Below are positions 41,196 to 52,177 of a stretch of 64,000 nucleotides of DNA, piece after piece. Source of the stretch: Gamaleyavirus AN24P2. The first letter of the stretch is position 1; every line of letters starts with the position of its first letter. Made by a program: the position numbers and the translations under genes. The DNA is taken from the sequence record OZ035810.1; one strand, given 5' to 3'. Under the pieces are notes generated by a model. It saw nothing but the letters and a program-made list of their open reading frames with translations, was not told the origin of the DNA and did no database searches.

Positions 41196-41500
41196 TATTC
41201 CCCCTTGGGAATCATGTTTGCTTGGAACTCAGGTTCAGACATCAGACCCAGGTTGTTAATAGACAGATAAACAATGTCTTTCAAATCAACCGAAGTGTCG
41301 AAACGCTGGTCCAGACTAATCTTCAAGGAATGATTGGCACGGGCCAAGTCTTTATAGGTCACATGAGGTTCGTCAGTGAGCAACATTGTGTTCATGGTAA
41401 GCAGAGAGCCATCATCCACTTTAGGAAGCTGGAAGATTACCTGTGCTGCTATCATCCAATGATGTTTTCTGACGACGGTTTCTTTAGTACTTTTAGTCAT
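41195..41500 (-). CDS. hypothetical protein
   Basis: 101-aa ORF between the DNA polymerase and the 157-aa ORF, with overlapping stop/start. Confidence 0.35.
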   Translation of the reverse strand: MTKSTKETVVRKHHWMIAAQVIFQLPKVDDGSLLTMNTMLLTDEPHVTYKDLARANHSLKISLDQRFDTSVDLKDIVYLSINNLGLMSEPEFQANMIPKGE

Positions 41501-44076
41501 GCGAATGCCTTTTGAATTGTTTGATGAACTTCTTCTGGGGTAGCGTGATTTGGAATTTCAATCTCGTTAGCCCACGTTGGGTAGAACAAGGATAGTTCCC
41601 CACCCAAACCAACTTCTGGATGAGCAATATCAGGATGGTCTTGCCAGTTAACAGCCTCAACCAAGTGCTTGTTCGTATACTGCAGGGTATCCATGTTGTC
41701 ACGAATCATGAAGTATTGGGCATCATGAATGTGAATACAAGGGCGTATATCTAACCTGAACTCACTGGTTCTGACTTTACGCATAAACTCTGAGCCAGCA
41801 CGGTTATTCAGTAGACACCAGCTTTGACCTAATGCATTACCAGCAGTCCTGCCTTCAGCTTCTGCTTCATACGGAGTCTTACATGTCCCACGTAAAACCT
41901 GAGCCAGTAAAGGAGTACGCACTCTCAAACCAAATGCAGCAGTTACATAACCAGTCTTAGCAGCTTCATCTAGCTTAGCCTGAACCCACATATCACTAAC
42001 TACATAGAGATCGTGATAACGTTTCTCTGTGAGCTTTGCTTTCTCTTCCGGGAAGCCACAGTTTTTCATTAAGCCCATATAAGTACCACCATAGGTAAGC
42101 AGGAAGGTTGGAGCCTTCGAGTCACTACGTAATGATTTGTACTTATGCTGAATGGAGTTAATAGATTCTACAGTGTCTTCTATATCTGGCATCTGCTCAC
42201 CGAAGTAAGCATACGCACGAAGACTGTGCCCATCATAGCCATCGGTATACACCTTAAGCTTCTGTGGGTCTTTGGTAGTTAAAGCTGAGATACGGTCTTC
42301 AAGGCTTGCAAAGTCCAGTCCACAAAATATCCAACCTGGTGGTGCTTCGAAGCATTTCTTAATCTTCTTGGCGTATTTGGAACCACTGGGGATGGTCTGT
42401 AGATTAGGCTCGGACGCTGAGAGACGTCCTGATACTGTGCCTCCAAGATTGAGGTTACCGAACAGGTAGTGCCATCCATCTGGTCCAGGTTGTGCATTAC
42501 GGAAAGCTGGGATGAATGAAGTGATAATCTTATCCACGAGCTTATAGTCGATAAGTGCATTGAGCAGTTCCTTAACATCTTCACTCTGCGTATGTGTACG
42601 TAGTGCTTTAATAGTGTCACCGTCAGTAGCAGGTTGCTTGCTCTTAGTAAGACCAAGAACCGGTAAGCCGATATAATCAAATAACAACTTCTGTAGTTGT
42701 GGACCAGAGTTAGGATTAAACTCTATGTCACAATCAGCCAATGTTACCTGCTTCTTCTTAAGCTTAGCATTCTTATCATCTACCCATTCCTGACGAAGCA
42801 TCTGAGTGAAGTTCTTCATGAGATTGGACTCACGAATAGTTTTCAGAGCCTGGTTCCTGTCAGTTTCCATTTCTTCAGCTACTTGGTTAACGGTTTCCAT
42901 ATTCATGGGCATACCGGTTAACTGCATCTGAATAATGTCTTCACAGGCTGGTTTAAAGATGTTGTTATAAACATCTAGTTGGTTATCAGCTATCAGGGTA
43001 TCCCAGTGCTTCTCATAGGTGTACCAAGTACACAAACCGTCAATGAGGTTGTAACGTAATAGCTGCTCATTAGGAATAAGACGAATGTCTTTAATGTCAT
43101 CCTGAGCATAGTTACCAGCATATTCCTGAGCCTGGTCTTTCAGACTAAGGTGATTGCCAGCACAACTGTTAGTAGCCAGATAGGTAATTAACTTAGTACA
43201 GTCCCAGTTACGAAGCATAATGTCCATGCCATGCAGCAGTCCTTCTGTATCAATCAGGTTATCCATAAATAACTGATAGATAAGTATGTATACGTCATAG
43301 CTAATGTTGTGATACATCTGCCGTTGAGTGTACTTAATGAAGAACTCACGTAACAGGTTTCGAACAATATCATTCCTGTTGATACGCCCATAGGGTGCTT
43401 CAGTAGCACCCTTAATTGGCTCGTAGTCCACATTAAAGGCTATGCCTTGTGTCTTACTCCAACAGAACGTAATTGTTCCTATACCTGCGTTATAGTGCTT
43501 TAAACCGAATGCTTCAATGTCTATAGCCAAGGGCTTATTCATCTCAAGCAACTGGTCTAGCCAGGCTTTAATCTTCTCTGGAGTATCCGGATAGGCTTCA
43601 AACTCAATGATTCCCTGACCTGGTTCAGCATACTGTCCTCGTATGTGGTTAAGCAATGCATCCATACCTTGAGCAATCTTGGCTCTCACTACAGGTGGGT
43701 CATAAAAGACCTGTCTGTAGTTAGGCGTATAGATAACCTTCTGTTTACCCCATACTGAGTCACAAACATAGCCTAGGTTGGCCTCTGCTTTAGCTTCTTT
43801 AGTCAGTATTTTGAAGTAATCAGAATCGGTACAGATGATGTACTGAGTCTCTGCATCATCCAGTACTTGTTGCAATTCCTGCTGTATGAACTCCTTAATC
43901 TCCCTTGCAGGAGTCTTCTTCTTGCCAGGGGCAGAATGAAGCTCAATGAAGATGAAATCTTCCATGCTTAGGTCATAAGGCAGCAGGTAGGTTTTAATCA
44001 TCTCCTCCCTTCGGATTTGATGACCAAGGATAGCAATAGGATACTTACCCGTATCTTGAGAGGTGATGTAACGCAT
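41497..44076 (-). CDS. family A DNA polymerase with 3'-5' exonuclease domain
   Basis: 859 aa; exo motif IDIEAFGL; motif A GLDFASLEDRISAL; motif B KAPTFLLTYGGTYMGL; motif C IHIHDAQY. Confidence 0.8.
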   Translation of the reverse strand: MRYITSQDTGKYPIAILGHQIRREEMIKTYLLPYDLSMEDFIFIELHSAPGKKKTPAREIKEFIQQELQQVLDDAETQYIICTDSDYFKILTKEAKAEANLGYVCDSVWGKQKVIYTPNYRQVFYDPPVVRAKIAQGMDALLNHIRGQYAEPGQGIIEFEAYPDTPEKIKAWLDQLLEMNKPLAIDIEAFGLKHYNAGIGTITFCWSKTQGIAFNVDYEPIKGATEAPYGRINRNDIVRNLLREFFIKYTQRQMYHNISYDVYILIYQLFMDNLIDTEGLLHGMDIMLRNWDCTKLITYLATNSCAGNHLSLKDQAQEYAGNYAQDDIKDIRLIPNEQLLRYNLIDGLCTWYTYEKHWDTLIADNQLDVYNNIFKPACEDIIQMQLTGMPMNMETVNQVAEEMETDRNQALKTIRESNLMKNFTQMLRQEWVDDKNAKLKKKQVTLADCDIEFNPNSGPQLQKLLFDYIGLPVLGLTKSKQPATDGDTIKALRTHTQSEDVKELLNALIDYKLVDKIITSFIPAFRNAQPGPDGWHYLFGNLNLGGTVSGRLSASEPNLQTIPSGSKYAKKIKKCFEAPPGWIFCGLDFASLEDRISALTTKDPQKLKVYTDGYDGHSLRAYAYFGEQMPDIEDTVESINSIQHKYKSLRSDSKAPTFLLTYGGTYMGLMKNCGFPEEKAKLTEKRYHDLYVVSDMWVQAKLDEAAKTGYVTAAFGLRVRTPLLAQVLRGTCKTPYEAEAEGRTAGNALGQSWCLLNNRAGSEFMRKVRTSEFRLDIRPCIHIHDAQYFMIRDNMDTLQYTNKHLVEAVNWQDHPDIAHPEVGLGGELSLFYPTWANEIEIPNHATPEEVHQTIQKAFA

Positions 44077-44085
44077 AGCTTTACC

Positions 44086-44616
44086 TTAGAAAATCAGATG
44101 GGAAGCTGCATAGTACTCAATAGAAGGAAGAATCTTCTCATACTGTTTGATTGCCATAGCATCACCAGCAAGAGTCCAGGCTGCTTCACGAGTACGTGGC
44201 AGTTCCTTGTACTTACCAGTTTGGTCCTGGGCTACCAGACATTCAGGTAAAGCATCACGTACATCCTGATAGGACATACAACCCCGAACCAGGCGATATA
44301 CAGTCTGGTTCACAAGGTGTACTTCCATGATCAGACGACTGGAGGCTTTCAGATACTTGTCTATTGCAGGCCATAGTTCTGGATTAAGTGTTAATCGTTC
44401 ACCGTAGGTTGGGGGTCTGGTAGCATTAGAACGCTGATAGAACTCCCCTTGATAAAGGAATCCAGCCGATACATCAATACCATTGATACGGTCGTTCTTA
44501 TCAATGATACCGTTTAACACACTATCAAGACGAACCAGTTCTGCTAAGAACAGGTGTTTGACTATCTCACTGCTATTGGCAACCTGACCAATAGTCGTTG
44601 AACCAATCTGAGGCAT
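44086..44616 (-). CDS. hypothetical protein
   Basis: 176-aa ORF between the helicase and the DNA polymerase. Confidence 0.4.
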   Translation of the reverse strand: MPQIGSTTIGQVANSSEIVKHLFLAELVRLDSVLNGIIDKNDRINGIDVSAGFLYQGEFYQRSNATRPPTYGERLTLNPELWPAIDKYLKASSRLIMEVHLVNQTVYRLVRGCMSYQDVRDALPECLVAQDQTGKYKELPRTREAAWTLAGDAMAIKQYEKILPSIEYYAASHLIF

Positions 44617-44626
44617 ATATCCTCCC

Positions 44627-45937
44627 TTAGAAAGTTAGACCACCATACTTACTGGCAAGATTGCCATAGAACACTACTCGCTTACGTGCACGAGACACAG
44701 CGACGTAAAGCAGACGGGCAACCATATCAGGTTGGCGACAGCTTGAGAGGTCATTTGCATCAATGAAGATTGTGTCGTAAGTAGAGCCTTGTGATTTATG
44801 GACAGTACATGCATGAGTAGCACGCAGATCTGGAATGGTTTCTTTAAGACGGAAGTAAGGTTCCCAGTTCTTCTCTTTACCCAGCCACTTAACCAAGCGG
44901 TTAAAGTAGTCTGGGTCAGTAGGTACTGGAACCTCACTTACGATACCACCATAGCCAAGGTCAAGAGTACTATCACGAACTTCCAGTTCCAGGTCACCTG
45001 TAACCTTAACCATGCGAGTACTACTATCCTGGTCAATGAGTTTTACGTCTTGCTCAATAGACAGACGATTATCCACACCTAAGCGAACAGCAGAGTTAGA
45101 TACTAGTTGTTCACCAATGGAGTACTCACCCACGTAGCCATTGGCTTCACGAATGTAGTTATTGTAATTAATAACCTGGTCATTTGTGTAAGCAACAATA
45201 CGGCTATTGGTGGGTTGAGTGAAGTGACTGAGAACCAGTTTCTCCATCTCTTCCCCTTGTACCCAGTCAATGATGCCTGGAATACACTTAATAGGCAGGA
45301 AGCCTGTCTTACCTTCCACCGTATCACGCAATTGCTGGTGCAATGCTTTGAGTTCCGGTGCATCGGTACGCATCTGTTCAGTCAGATAGTGTGTTGGGAT
45401 ATTACCTGCATATACCGGAGACTTATTCTCTTTAACAGGCAGAAGCTGAGAAGCATCGCCTACGAATACCAGCTTACACTGGTGAGTGCCTTCACGAGCA
45501 TACTTAAGTAACTGACGGTCAATCATGGATGCTTCATCTACGAAGATGATTTTGTTCTTCTTAATATTGAATGATTTGGACGGTACGACATTAGCCTCGC
45601 CAGTCTTAAAGTCATTCTTAACAATCAGTCCCTGGAAGGAATGATAGGTAGATGTTGGACGTCCAGTAGCCTGAGCCAGAACTTCAGCAGCTTTGTTCGT
45701 GGTCGCAGTCATAACAACCTCGTTATACAGAGGCTTGGTTCCCATAAGGGAGCAAGTTTCCATATATGCAGGCATAGTGTCATCAATGAGGTGCGACATC
45801 AGGAATGTCTTACCAGTACCACCTGGGCCTGAAATTCCAAATTCGGTAGCATTAGGGTCGAGCAGGAAGTCGAAGAACTCCTTCGCAACCGCTTCTTGCC
45901 CCTTGTTCAGTGGGGCTTTGGTAGGTTTGGAAAACAT
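44627..45937 (-). CDS. SF1 DNA helicase (Dda/RecD-like)
   Basis: 436 aa; Walker A GPGGTGKTF, Walker B IIFVDEASMI, C-terminal VHKSQGSTYDTIFID typical of Dda/RecD helicases. Confidence 0.75.
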   Translation of the reverse strand: MFSKPTKAPLNKGQEAVAKEFFDFLLDPNATEFGISGPGGTGKTFLMSHLIDDTMPAYMETCSLMGTKPLYNEVVMTATTNKAAEVLAQATGRPTSTYHSFQGLIVKNDFKTGEANVVPSKSFNIKKNKIIFVDEASMIDRQLLKYAREGTHQCKLVFVGDASQLLPVKENKSPVYAGNIPTHYLTEQMRTDAPELKALHQQLRDTVEGKTGFLPIKCIPGIIDWVQGEEMEKLVLSHFTQPTNSRIVAYTNDQVINYNNYIREANGYVGEYSIGEQLVSNSAVRLGVDNRLSIEQDVKLIDQDSSTRMVKVTGDLELEVRDSTLDLGYGGIVSEVPVPTDPDYFNRLVKWLGKEKNWEPYFRLKETIPDLRATHACTVHKSQGSTYDTIFIDANDLSSCRQPDMVARLLYVAVSRARKRVVFYGNLASKYGGLTF

Positions 45938-45970
45938 TAAAATCTCCAGTAAAAAACCCTCCGTAGAGGG

Positions 45971-46438
45971 TTAGATGTAATGGGTTAAATCCGGGGGAGT
46001 GTAGTCTTTCCCTTTCATAACTTTCTTATTCTCATTAAAGACAGGTTCTCCATCTTCAAACTTAGAATAGTTTGAGCGATTGACCTCAGCCAATGCTCCG
46101 GGGACATTCATCCCAAGGAAAGTACCGACGCCAGTTGCTGTAACAATCTGGTCAGCCAGTGAATCCAGAAAAGCTAAGCGATTGCTTTTTGCTGGGAAGA
46201 TCGCCATGTGGTTTGTTTTCATCAGCAGTGATAATTTACCCAAAGCAGCCTGTGCATCGGCTAGCACTTGTATACTTTCCTCACAGGATGGGGTCAACTC
46301 ATCTAACATTTCACATACTTCTTCCAGATGGCAACCAATCTGGGTACTAATGTTCTTACTCGTCGGATTTGCTACTGCTTTCCGGAACCAGGCTTCCGTA
46401 TTTGCCAGCGTACAAACGGATGAACTTTTCATGCTCAC
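45971..46438 (-). CDS. hypothetical protein (weak MazG-like nucleotide pyrophosphohydrolase resemblance)
   Basis: 155-aa ORF; acidic helix HLEEVCEMLDEL; 5' end overlaps the upstream HTH gene by about 80 nt. Confidence 0.3.
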   Translation of the reverse strand: MSMKSSSVCTLANTEAWFRKAVANPTSKNISTQIGCHLEEVCEMLDELTPSCEESIQVLADAQAALGKLSLLMKTNHMAIFPAKSNRLAFLDSLADQIVTATGVGTFLGMNVPGALAEVNRSNYSKFEDGEPVFNENKKVMKGKDYTPPDLTHYI

Positions 46439-46751
46439 TCTCTTGGTTAAGGCGGCGATTATTATATGCCTCCAGAATCAAGTCTCTTACATATGAGCGA
46501 ATCTCATAAGCAGGGCCAACTTGTTCTGACAGCCAATCAGCCACATGGGTTGGTAAAGGACGTAATACGTTTTCCATGAACGTCCGACGTGTGTCGGCTG
46601 GTTCAATATTTAAAGAACGCAATCGCAGAGTAACTGTAGTGGGGTGAACCCCCAACGTCTTAGCGATAGTTGCGAGGGACAGACCAACAGCATTCATACG
46701 AATGATGTCTTCATCAGTTGCTTTGCGATTACTTCTGAATACTTTAGACAT
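46356..46751 (-). CDS. HTH DNA-binding protein
   Basis: 131 aa; helix-turn-helix LSLATIAKTLGVHPTTVTLRL. Confidence 0.45.
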   Translation of the reverse strand: MSKVFRSNRKATDEDIIRMNAVGLSLATIAKTLGVHPTTVTLRLRSLNIEPADTRRTFMENVLRPLPTHVADWLSEQVGPAYEIRSYVRDLILEAYNNRRLNQESEHEKFIRLYAGKYGSLVPESSSKSDE

Positions 46752-46813
46752 AGCTTATTTCCTCTTCAAAGATAGCCTCACTTTATTATAAGTGAGGCTA
46801 TTTGAACAGGCTA

Positions 46814-48859
46814 TTACTTAGCAGCTTTGACCAGCTTGGTAGCTAACTTAGCTTCTTCTTCAGTCAGACCCATTGCAGTGAATGACTTCTTGGCATGACG
46901 CTTATAGTCTTGCAGAGCATGACCTTTCTGATAGTCAGAGTACGTCGTATCGTTCAGTATGCTACGCAGATTATCAGCATGTTTACCAGACGGAGCTACT
47001 TTAGAGGCAGTAGCAGAACGCATAGGTTTAGTTTTCTTCACTGACTTAGCTTTTGGTGCAGGAATACGAGTACTACGAATAGTAGCAATTGCATCCACCA
47101 CATCGGAACTAACTCCTAAAGCAGCCCATGGCTTACGAGCCTTGCCTCGCATTTCCACAAGTAAATCAGCAGCAGCTAACTTATCTTCTGGTGTTGTTGC
47201 ATTGAGGAACTCTCTAATCAGTTCCTGGATTTGTTCTTTCACAGTAGGAGCCTTCTTAGTAACAGGTTTGAGGTCAGTAGCCTTCACTGGTTCAGCAGCT
47301 ACAGCTTCATTCAGTGACTCTTCCATGTTCAGTGCTTCTTTACTAGCAACTGTACGGAATTGTTCTACAGAACCAGATGTGAGATTAGTGTATTTGAGGT
47401 TAGTACCACGATGTCCACCAACCATAATAAGTGTGGTAGGTGAACTATGGTTCCCAACGATGGCATCATTAAGCAGTTTCTTACCTACTTCTGTTTTAGA
47501 CAGGTAGATACCGTTGTTAACGTTATTACGTTCTTCTTCCGGCAGTTCAGCAATAATATGATATGCAGATACACGCATCTTATTGGTGCTGTACTGAGGA
47601 ACAGCAAATACATCTTCCGGTGCTACTTTACCAAGGATAGTTACGTTACCGCCGAAGCTACGGATATAGCTCATGGATGCTACATGCAAACCGTTAGAGC
47701 AGTCCTGACGACGGTCAGGGTCTACCAGGTCTTCACGTACCTGCACTTTACAGCCTACCCATTGACGAATGTTGCCTGAGTGACAATCAACGAATACACG
47801 TTTACCATCTTCTTTATCTTTATACTGAAGACGTTTCAGGAACAGGATTGAACCATCATCAGCAATAGGTAGCTCAGCAGTTTCCATGAACTTCATCAGA
47901 TCTTCTACTGAGTGCAGGCGGTCTTTAATAACCGGAGCCAGACGCTCAAGGAACTTGGTAAATCCCTTGTAGTCTTTCAGCTGGGCAGACTGACGCAAGT
48001 GACGCTGTAGGTTTTCAACTCCAGGTATAACCCCATTGTTGGTAACAGCAACAACCACTTCATCTTCTTTCACTTCAGTGTGGAAGTTAGCGTCATCGGT
48101 ACTAATAGCACCCAATGCAGCTAACTTATCAGAGACGGCAGCCAGCTTATCCTGGTTCGTAACTTTAACCTCTTCTACATATGGAAATGGCGTTACATCA
48201 CGACTGGTAAATACAATGTGTACTCCTTTGATGTGCTTGGCTTGTTTAATAAACTCACCCATTTCATCATCGGATACTGCACGGATTCCAATAGGCCATT
48301 CCCGTGCAAGGATGCGATTAGTATGGTCATAGCCCCAACCCAGTACGTCGTTAATAAAACGAACCAGTGCAGGATGGTTATGGTCCTTACCCCAGCCAGT
48401 AACCCACATCAGATTGTCACGTCTGTCGTAAAAACCATCAGATACTATTACTTCTGGTTCATTAGCCTGTACAGCCAGGAAAGTATCCATAGCTTTAGAT
48501 ACTAATGTCTTAGTAGGATTACCCAGCTTAATATCTGAAACGATACGGGCAGGAGGAGCACCTGTACCATCTTCGAAGAACTCTTTGAGTTTAGCTTTAG
48601 CTACCTTGAAGAAACGGACGAATCCGTTAGTGTTCTTCTCTGCTTCCAAGTATTCAGTACGCAGAGCTACTTCTGGTGCAATGTTTACTTCTATCTGGTC
48701 TTTGGTAGTTCCCAGACCTTTGGTTTGTGCTTCAGATACAATGCGAGCAACCCGTAGGTCGCTCTGAGGATATACAATCGTGGAGCCATCAGGCTTCCAC
48801 AGTGTAAGGTTACGACTGTCAACTGCCAGTGCGATGATAGAAATCAATTCGATTTTCAT
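46814..48859 (-). CDS. rIIB: rIIB-like protein
   Basis: 681-aa ORF immediately downstream of and co-oriented with the rIIA-like gene; assignment by synteny with N4-like phages. Confidence 0.45.
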   Translation of the reverse strand: MKIELISIIALAVDSRNLTLWKPDGSTIVYPQSDLRVARIVSEAQTKGLGTTKDQIEVNIAPEVALRTEYLEAEKNTNGFVRFFKVAKAKLKEFFEDGTGAPPARIVSDIKLGNPTKTLVSKAMDTFLAVQANEPEVIVSDGFYDRRDNLMWVTGWGKDHNHPALVRFINDVLGWGYDHTNRILAREWPIGIRAVSDDEMGEFIKQAKHIKGVHIVFTSRDVTPFPYVEEVKVTNQDKLAAVSDKLAALGAISTDDANFHTEVKEDEVVVAVTNNGVIPGVENLQRHLRQSAQLKDYKGFTKFLERLAPVIKDRLHSVEDLMKFMETAELPIADDGSILFLKRLQYKDKEDGKRVFVDCHSGNIRQWVGCKVQVREDLVDPDRRQDCSNGLHVASMSYIRSFGGNVTILGKVAPEDVFAVPQYSTNKMRVSAYHIIAELPEEERNNVNNGIYLSKTEVGKKLLNDAIVGNHSSPTTLIMVGGHRGTNLKYTNLTSGSVEQFRTVASKEALNMEESLNEAVAAEPVKATDLKPVTKKAPTVKEQIQELIREFLNATTPEDKLAAADLLVEMRGKARKPWAALGVSSDVVDAIATIRSTRIPAPKAKSVKKTKPMRSATASKVAPSGKHADNLRSILNDTTYSDYQKGHALQDYKRHAKKSFTAMGLTEEEAKLATKLVKAAK

Positions 48860-48863
48860 CAGA

Positions 48864-51431
48864 TTAGTTACCTTTCAGTTTATTTAGACGATTACGGTAG
48901 AGGGACTTAAACCCAGGAATATCCTCTGGATTCTTCTTGAGATGTTTAACTAAACTACCTAAGTCCAGCGTCTGTAGGATGTCATTTTCATACCAGCTAT
49001 AACTGAATAATTCTTTGTAATCATTAAGTATTTTAAAGTACTTATGATTACGTGGATTAGTCATCACTATATATGGCTCTAGGTCATCAACTGACTTAAT
49101 ACAACCCATTTCAACAAGTTTTTCTTCGTTGTCGTGTGGTCGATTTCGTAAAAAGTCATATGCCCATTCATATTCTGGTTTAAAAATCAGATTCTGTAAT
49201 GGTTTGAATGTTAGACCAAGAATATCTAGGATTTCCCAATACTCTCTGTCATCTAGTCCTACGTATTCCAGAATACCAATACGGTGTTCAGTGACATACT
49301 TCTTGAATCCCTTACTGGTAATGACTGACATCAGTTCCCTAAAGCGAACATCATCAATGTGGATAGCACCCCGTCGTTTGGCCTTGTTAGCTTCGATTTG
49401 ATTGCGGCAGACAACTGTCTCTGCTTTCATCTCATCGGACAACTCATACCATTTCCACATGGTTCCAATACTGGCAGTTACTGGGCTACCTGAACCAACC
49501 TGATTAGCCAGTACATAGTACTTTGGCTTCTCTACTTCAACGAAACCAGATTTATCATGGCGGCTTGGGTCAGCAAACTCCTTCTGAATATAAGGCTTAG
49601 ATAACCAATCACCATTTTTATCCCGTACAATAGTAGTACCATTAACTGCATTCAATGAAATCAGAGCATTAGTTTTACCTCCTGCTTTGGTTTTATTGGT
49701 AGCTATTGTCTTAGCTCGTTTCTCAGCAGCTATCTTAGCCTGTTCCCTACGGAAGTTAGTTGGTTTGTCCCACTCATTGTATTGAGTAAGGTCAATTACC
49801 CGATAACCCATAGCAGTGAACTTAGCTACAGCTTCCTCTGCCGCACCCTTCTTAGGTCCAACGACGTGAACAAAAGCTGTACGCTCCAAGTCACCTCTGT
49901 TGTACTCAGGGAAGTATGAGAAGGAATCTGCACAGTCAGATAAACGTCGTGTAACTACAACGTTCTTGGTGGTGAATATGCCAATACTCTGGTGGGAGTT
50001 ATGGTAAATTCTAAAGTAGTCAGTAAGTTTACCTTTTACCAGGTCTACAGAGTTACCCTGGTTCATTATGTAACCAGACCACTTAATACCAGTAGCTTTT
50101 AAAGCAGCAAGCTGGGGTAAGTGCAGATGACGATATACAAATTCCTGGAATGGGGAATATGTATTTTCCTCACGGGTATCCTTAAGAGCACGCATAGCCT
50201 TACCATACAGTTTCTTAAGTCCTGTATATTCAGGGCGAGCTAATAATGCCTTATTAGATAAGTTGCGCCAGTGTTTTATGCAATGCTTACGTTGCTTAGC
50301 CCACAAGCTAGAGGACATATAGCGTTGAACAATGGGGTCTGTAACAGCACCCAGAAAAGACGGATAGGTCCAGAAGCGAACAGATGCTTGAGAGGCATAT
50401 TCTTCAATCTGCTTAACAGCTTCAGGAATCTTGGCCTTAATCTCCTTCTCCATACGGTCTACTAAATCTACACACAGAGTAGTAATACCATCGTCGGTTA
50501 ACTTCTGGTTAGACAGCGTTTCTCGACTAGGGGCAATAGCTAAGGTGTCTGGTGCAGCCTGAACTACTAAATTGACAGCACCGATGATATTCATGAAGTT
50601 GAGAATAAGACCTACAGCTTCTTCACTAGCTGGACTAGATACTATTGGGTACATTACGTTACCGTAGCGAATGAATATGTTACTGTTACCCATATAACCC
50701 TTATACCAGCTATCAGACATATCATATGAACCGGGTTCAAATGACATACCTAACGTATCCAGTAGGATGTAGTCACCTTGTTGAATACTATTGCCTTCCT
50801 CTATTCTAACTAGTTTAGGAATACTAAGCTCAGCCTTAATTTCACCGTTAAATACGATTGATGTGATGTAATGTACAAAGGTATTTATATCATGCTTGCC
50901 TAACTGGAATTTAACTTCCAGACCAGATTCCTCAGTGGGAATATTAGTAACAATAGGAACAATACCCGGTTTACCGTCATTCTCAATCGCAGCCTTAGCT
51001 ACGTTATATACCGACATCTTTCCTTGGTTCCATGAAGTAACCTGGAAACTATCTGTATAAGCGAATGGGGATTTACATCCCAGACCAAAGCCACCAGTAA
51101 CACTACTGTTGGACTTTTTAGTTGATGCACCATAGACACCGTAAATGGAACCAATGAGTTCATCCGGGATGCCGTTACCGTAGTCACGGAAGGTAATAAA
51201 ATTGTCTTTATCAATGGTGATACGAATAGGGGTATCAGTCTTACCTGCTTCAATATGAGCATCCCAACTATTACAGATAGTCTCACGGACTACTGCCAGA
51301 GTAGGATTGTTATACAGGGATGTACTTAATACATGGAAGAATGCCGGGTCATCGGAGATGCCAAAGGCAATTGTTTCTTTGCCACCCAGTGTCGCTGAGG
51401 TAGCTACTTCATTGGTATCTGCAACTAACAT
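48864..51431 (-). CDS. rIIA: rIIA-like protein with N-terminal GHKL ATPase fold
   Basis: 855 aa; N-box-like ETICNSWDAH, G1 box FRDYGNGIPDE, G2 box GGFGLGCKS. Confidence 0.55.
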   Translation of the reverse strand: MLVADTNEVATSATLGGKETIAFGISDDPAFFHVLSTSLYNNPTLAVVRETICNSWDAHIEAGKTDTPIRITIDKDNFITFRDYGNGIPDELIGSIYGVYGASTKKSNSSVTGGFGLGCKSPFAYTDSFQVTSWNQGKMSVYNVAKAAIENDGKPGIVPIVTNIPTEESGLEVKFQLGKHDINTFVHYITSIVFNGEIKAELSIPKLVRIEEGNSIQQGDYILLDTLGMSFEPGSYDMSDSWYKGYMGNSNIFIRYGNVMYPIVSSPASEEAVGLILNFMNIIGAVNLVVQAAPDTLAIAPSRETLSNQKLTDDGITTLCVDLVDRMEKEIKAKIPEAVKQIEEYASQASVRFWTYPSFLGAVTDPIVQRYMSSSLWAKQRKHCIKHWRNLSNKALLARPEYTGLKKLYGKAMRALKDTREENTYSPFQEFVYRHLHLPQLAALKATGIKWSGYIMNQGNSVDLVKGKLTDYFRIYHNSHQSIGIFTTKNVVVTRRLSDCADSFSYFPEYNRGDLERTAFVHVVGPKKGAAEEAVAKFTAMGYRVIDLTQYNEWDKPTNFRREQAKIAAEKRAKTIATNKTKAGGKTNALISLNAVNGTTIVRDKNGDWLSKPYIQKEFADPSRHDKSGFVEVEKPKYYVLANQVGSGSPVTASIGTMWKWYELSDEMKAETVVCRNQIEANKAKRRGAIHIDDVRFRELMSVITSKGFKKYVTEHRIGILEYVGLDDREYWEILDILGLTFKPLQNLIFKPEYEWAYDFLRNRPHDNEEKLVEMGCIKSVDDLEPYIVMTNPRNHKYFKILNDYKELFSYSWYENDILQTLDLGSLVKHLKKNPEDIPGFKSLYRNRLNKLKGN

Positions 51432-51458
51432 TTATTTACTCTCCAGATTAAATGTTGC

Positions 51459-51650
51459 TTACATTAGGACTTGTTTACATTTATCAAAAATAGCCTTACG
51501 AAGTTCAGCTTCTTCCCGTGGCTCATCATTAGGATGGTGACCCAGTGGACTATTTTGAAAAGCATTCATTAGGAATAAGACCTGATACTCGGTTAAACCA
51601 TTAATCTGAATGTTATACGTTTTCTCTGAGGCGATATTTACATTAGCCAT
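51459..51650 (-). CDS. small hypothetical protein
   Basis: ORF 51459..51722 trimmed to the internal ATG at 51650 to avoid an 80-nt overlap. Confidence 0.25.
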   Translation of the reverse strand: MANVNIASEKTYNIQINGLTEYQVLFLMNAFQNSPLGHHPNDEPREEAELRKAIFDKCKQVLM

Positions 51651-51972
51651 TGCGTTTACCTGCCATTGCTTGTAGTACAAATACAGCCAGATCTGCTGCT
51701 TGGTCATCACTAACTGGATCATTACCGTGCCCTAATTGAATGTGACCTTCATCATCCCATTCATCAAGCATACGCTGTACTTCGGACAAACCGGCTTGAA
51801 CCATTTCCTTGCTTGGTTCCAGCCATAACTTACGCTCTTCTGCCAGTGCAGCAATGCACATACATAGAGAGGCAATGTTAGCTGGACAAGCAGCAATATC
51901 CCCAGTTACTGCAATCTCACTAAGTGGGACAGCTTTACCGGTTTTACTATGAATTACTTCAGGGTTAATCAT
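51643..51972 (-). CDS. small hypothetical protein
   Basis: ORF 51643..52020 trimmed to the internal ATG at 51972. Confidence 0.3.
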   Translation of the reverse strand: MINPEVIHSKTGKAVPLSEIAVTGDIAACPANIASLCMCIAALAEERKLWLEPSKEMVQAGLSEVQRMLDEWDDEGHIQLGHGNDPVSDDQAADLAVFVLQAMAGKRNG

Positions 51973-52177
51973 GAATTTGCTCCAGGTTGTGGGCAGGAAT
52001 AGGGAAGCATGGATAGTCACCGGTAGGGTCCAGTGTTACTGATACATGCAGTGTATTTGTCATTTGGGTTAGCATCTGAGCAGCATTGAAATCATCCTGT
52101 ATACAGGCATATACAATGTCACCCTTCTCACCCTCACACATTACGGGTGTGTCTTTGATACGGTATTTAGCAGGCAT
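51965..52177 (-). CDS. small hypothetical protein
   Basis: 70-aa ORF in a tightly packed minus-strand run. Confidence 0.3.
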   Translation of the reverse strand: MPAKYRIKDTPVMCEGEKGDIVYACIQDDFNAAQMLTQMTNTLHVSVTLDPTGDYPCFPIPAHNLEQIHD

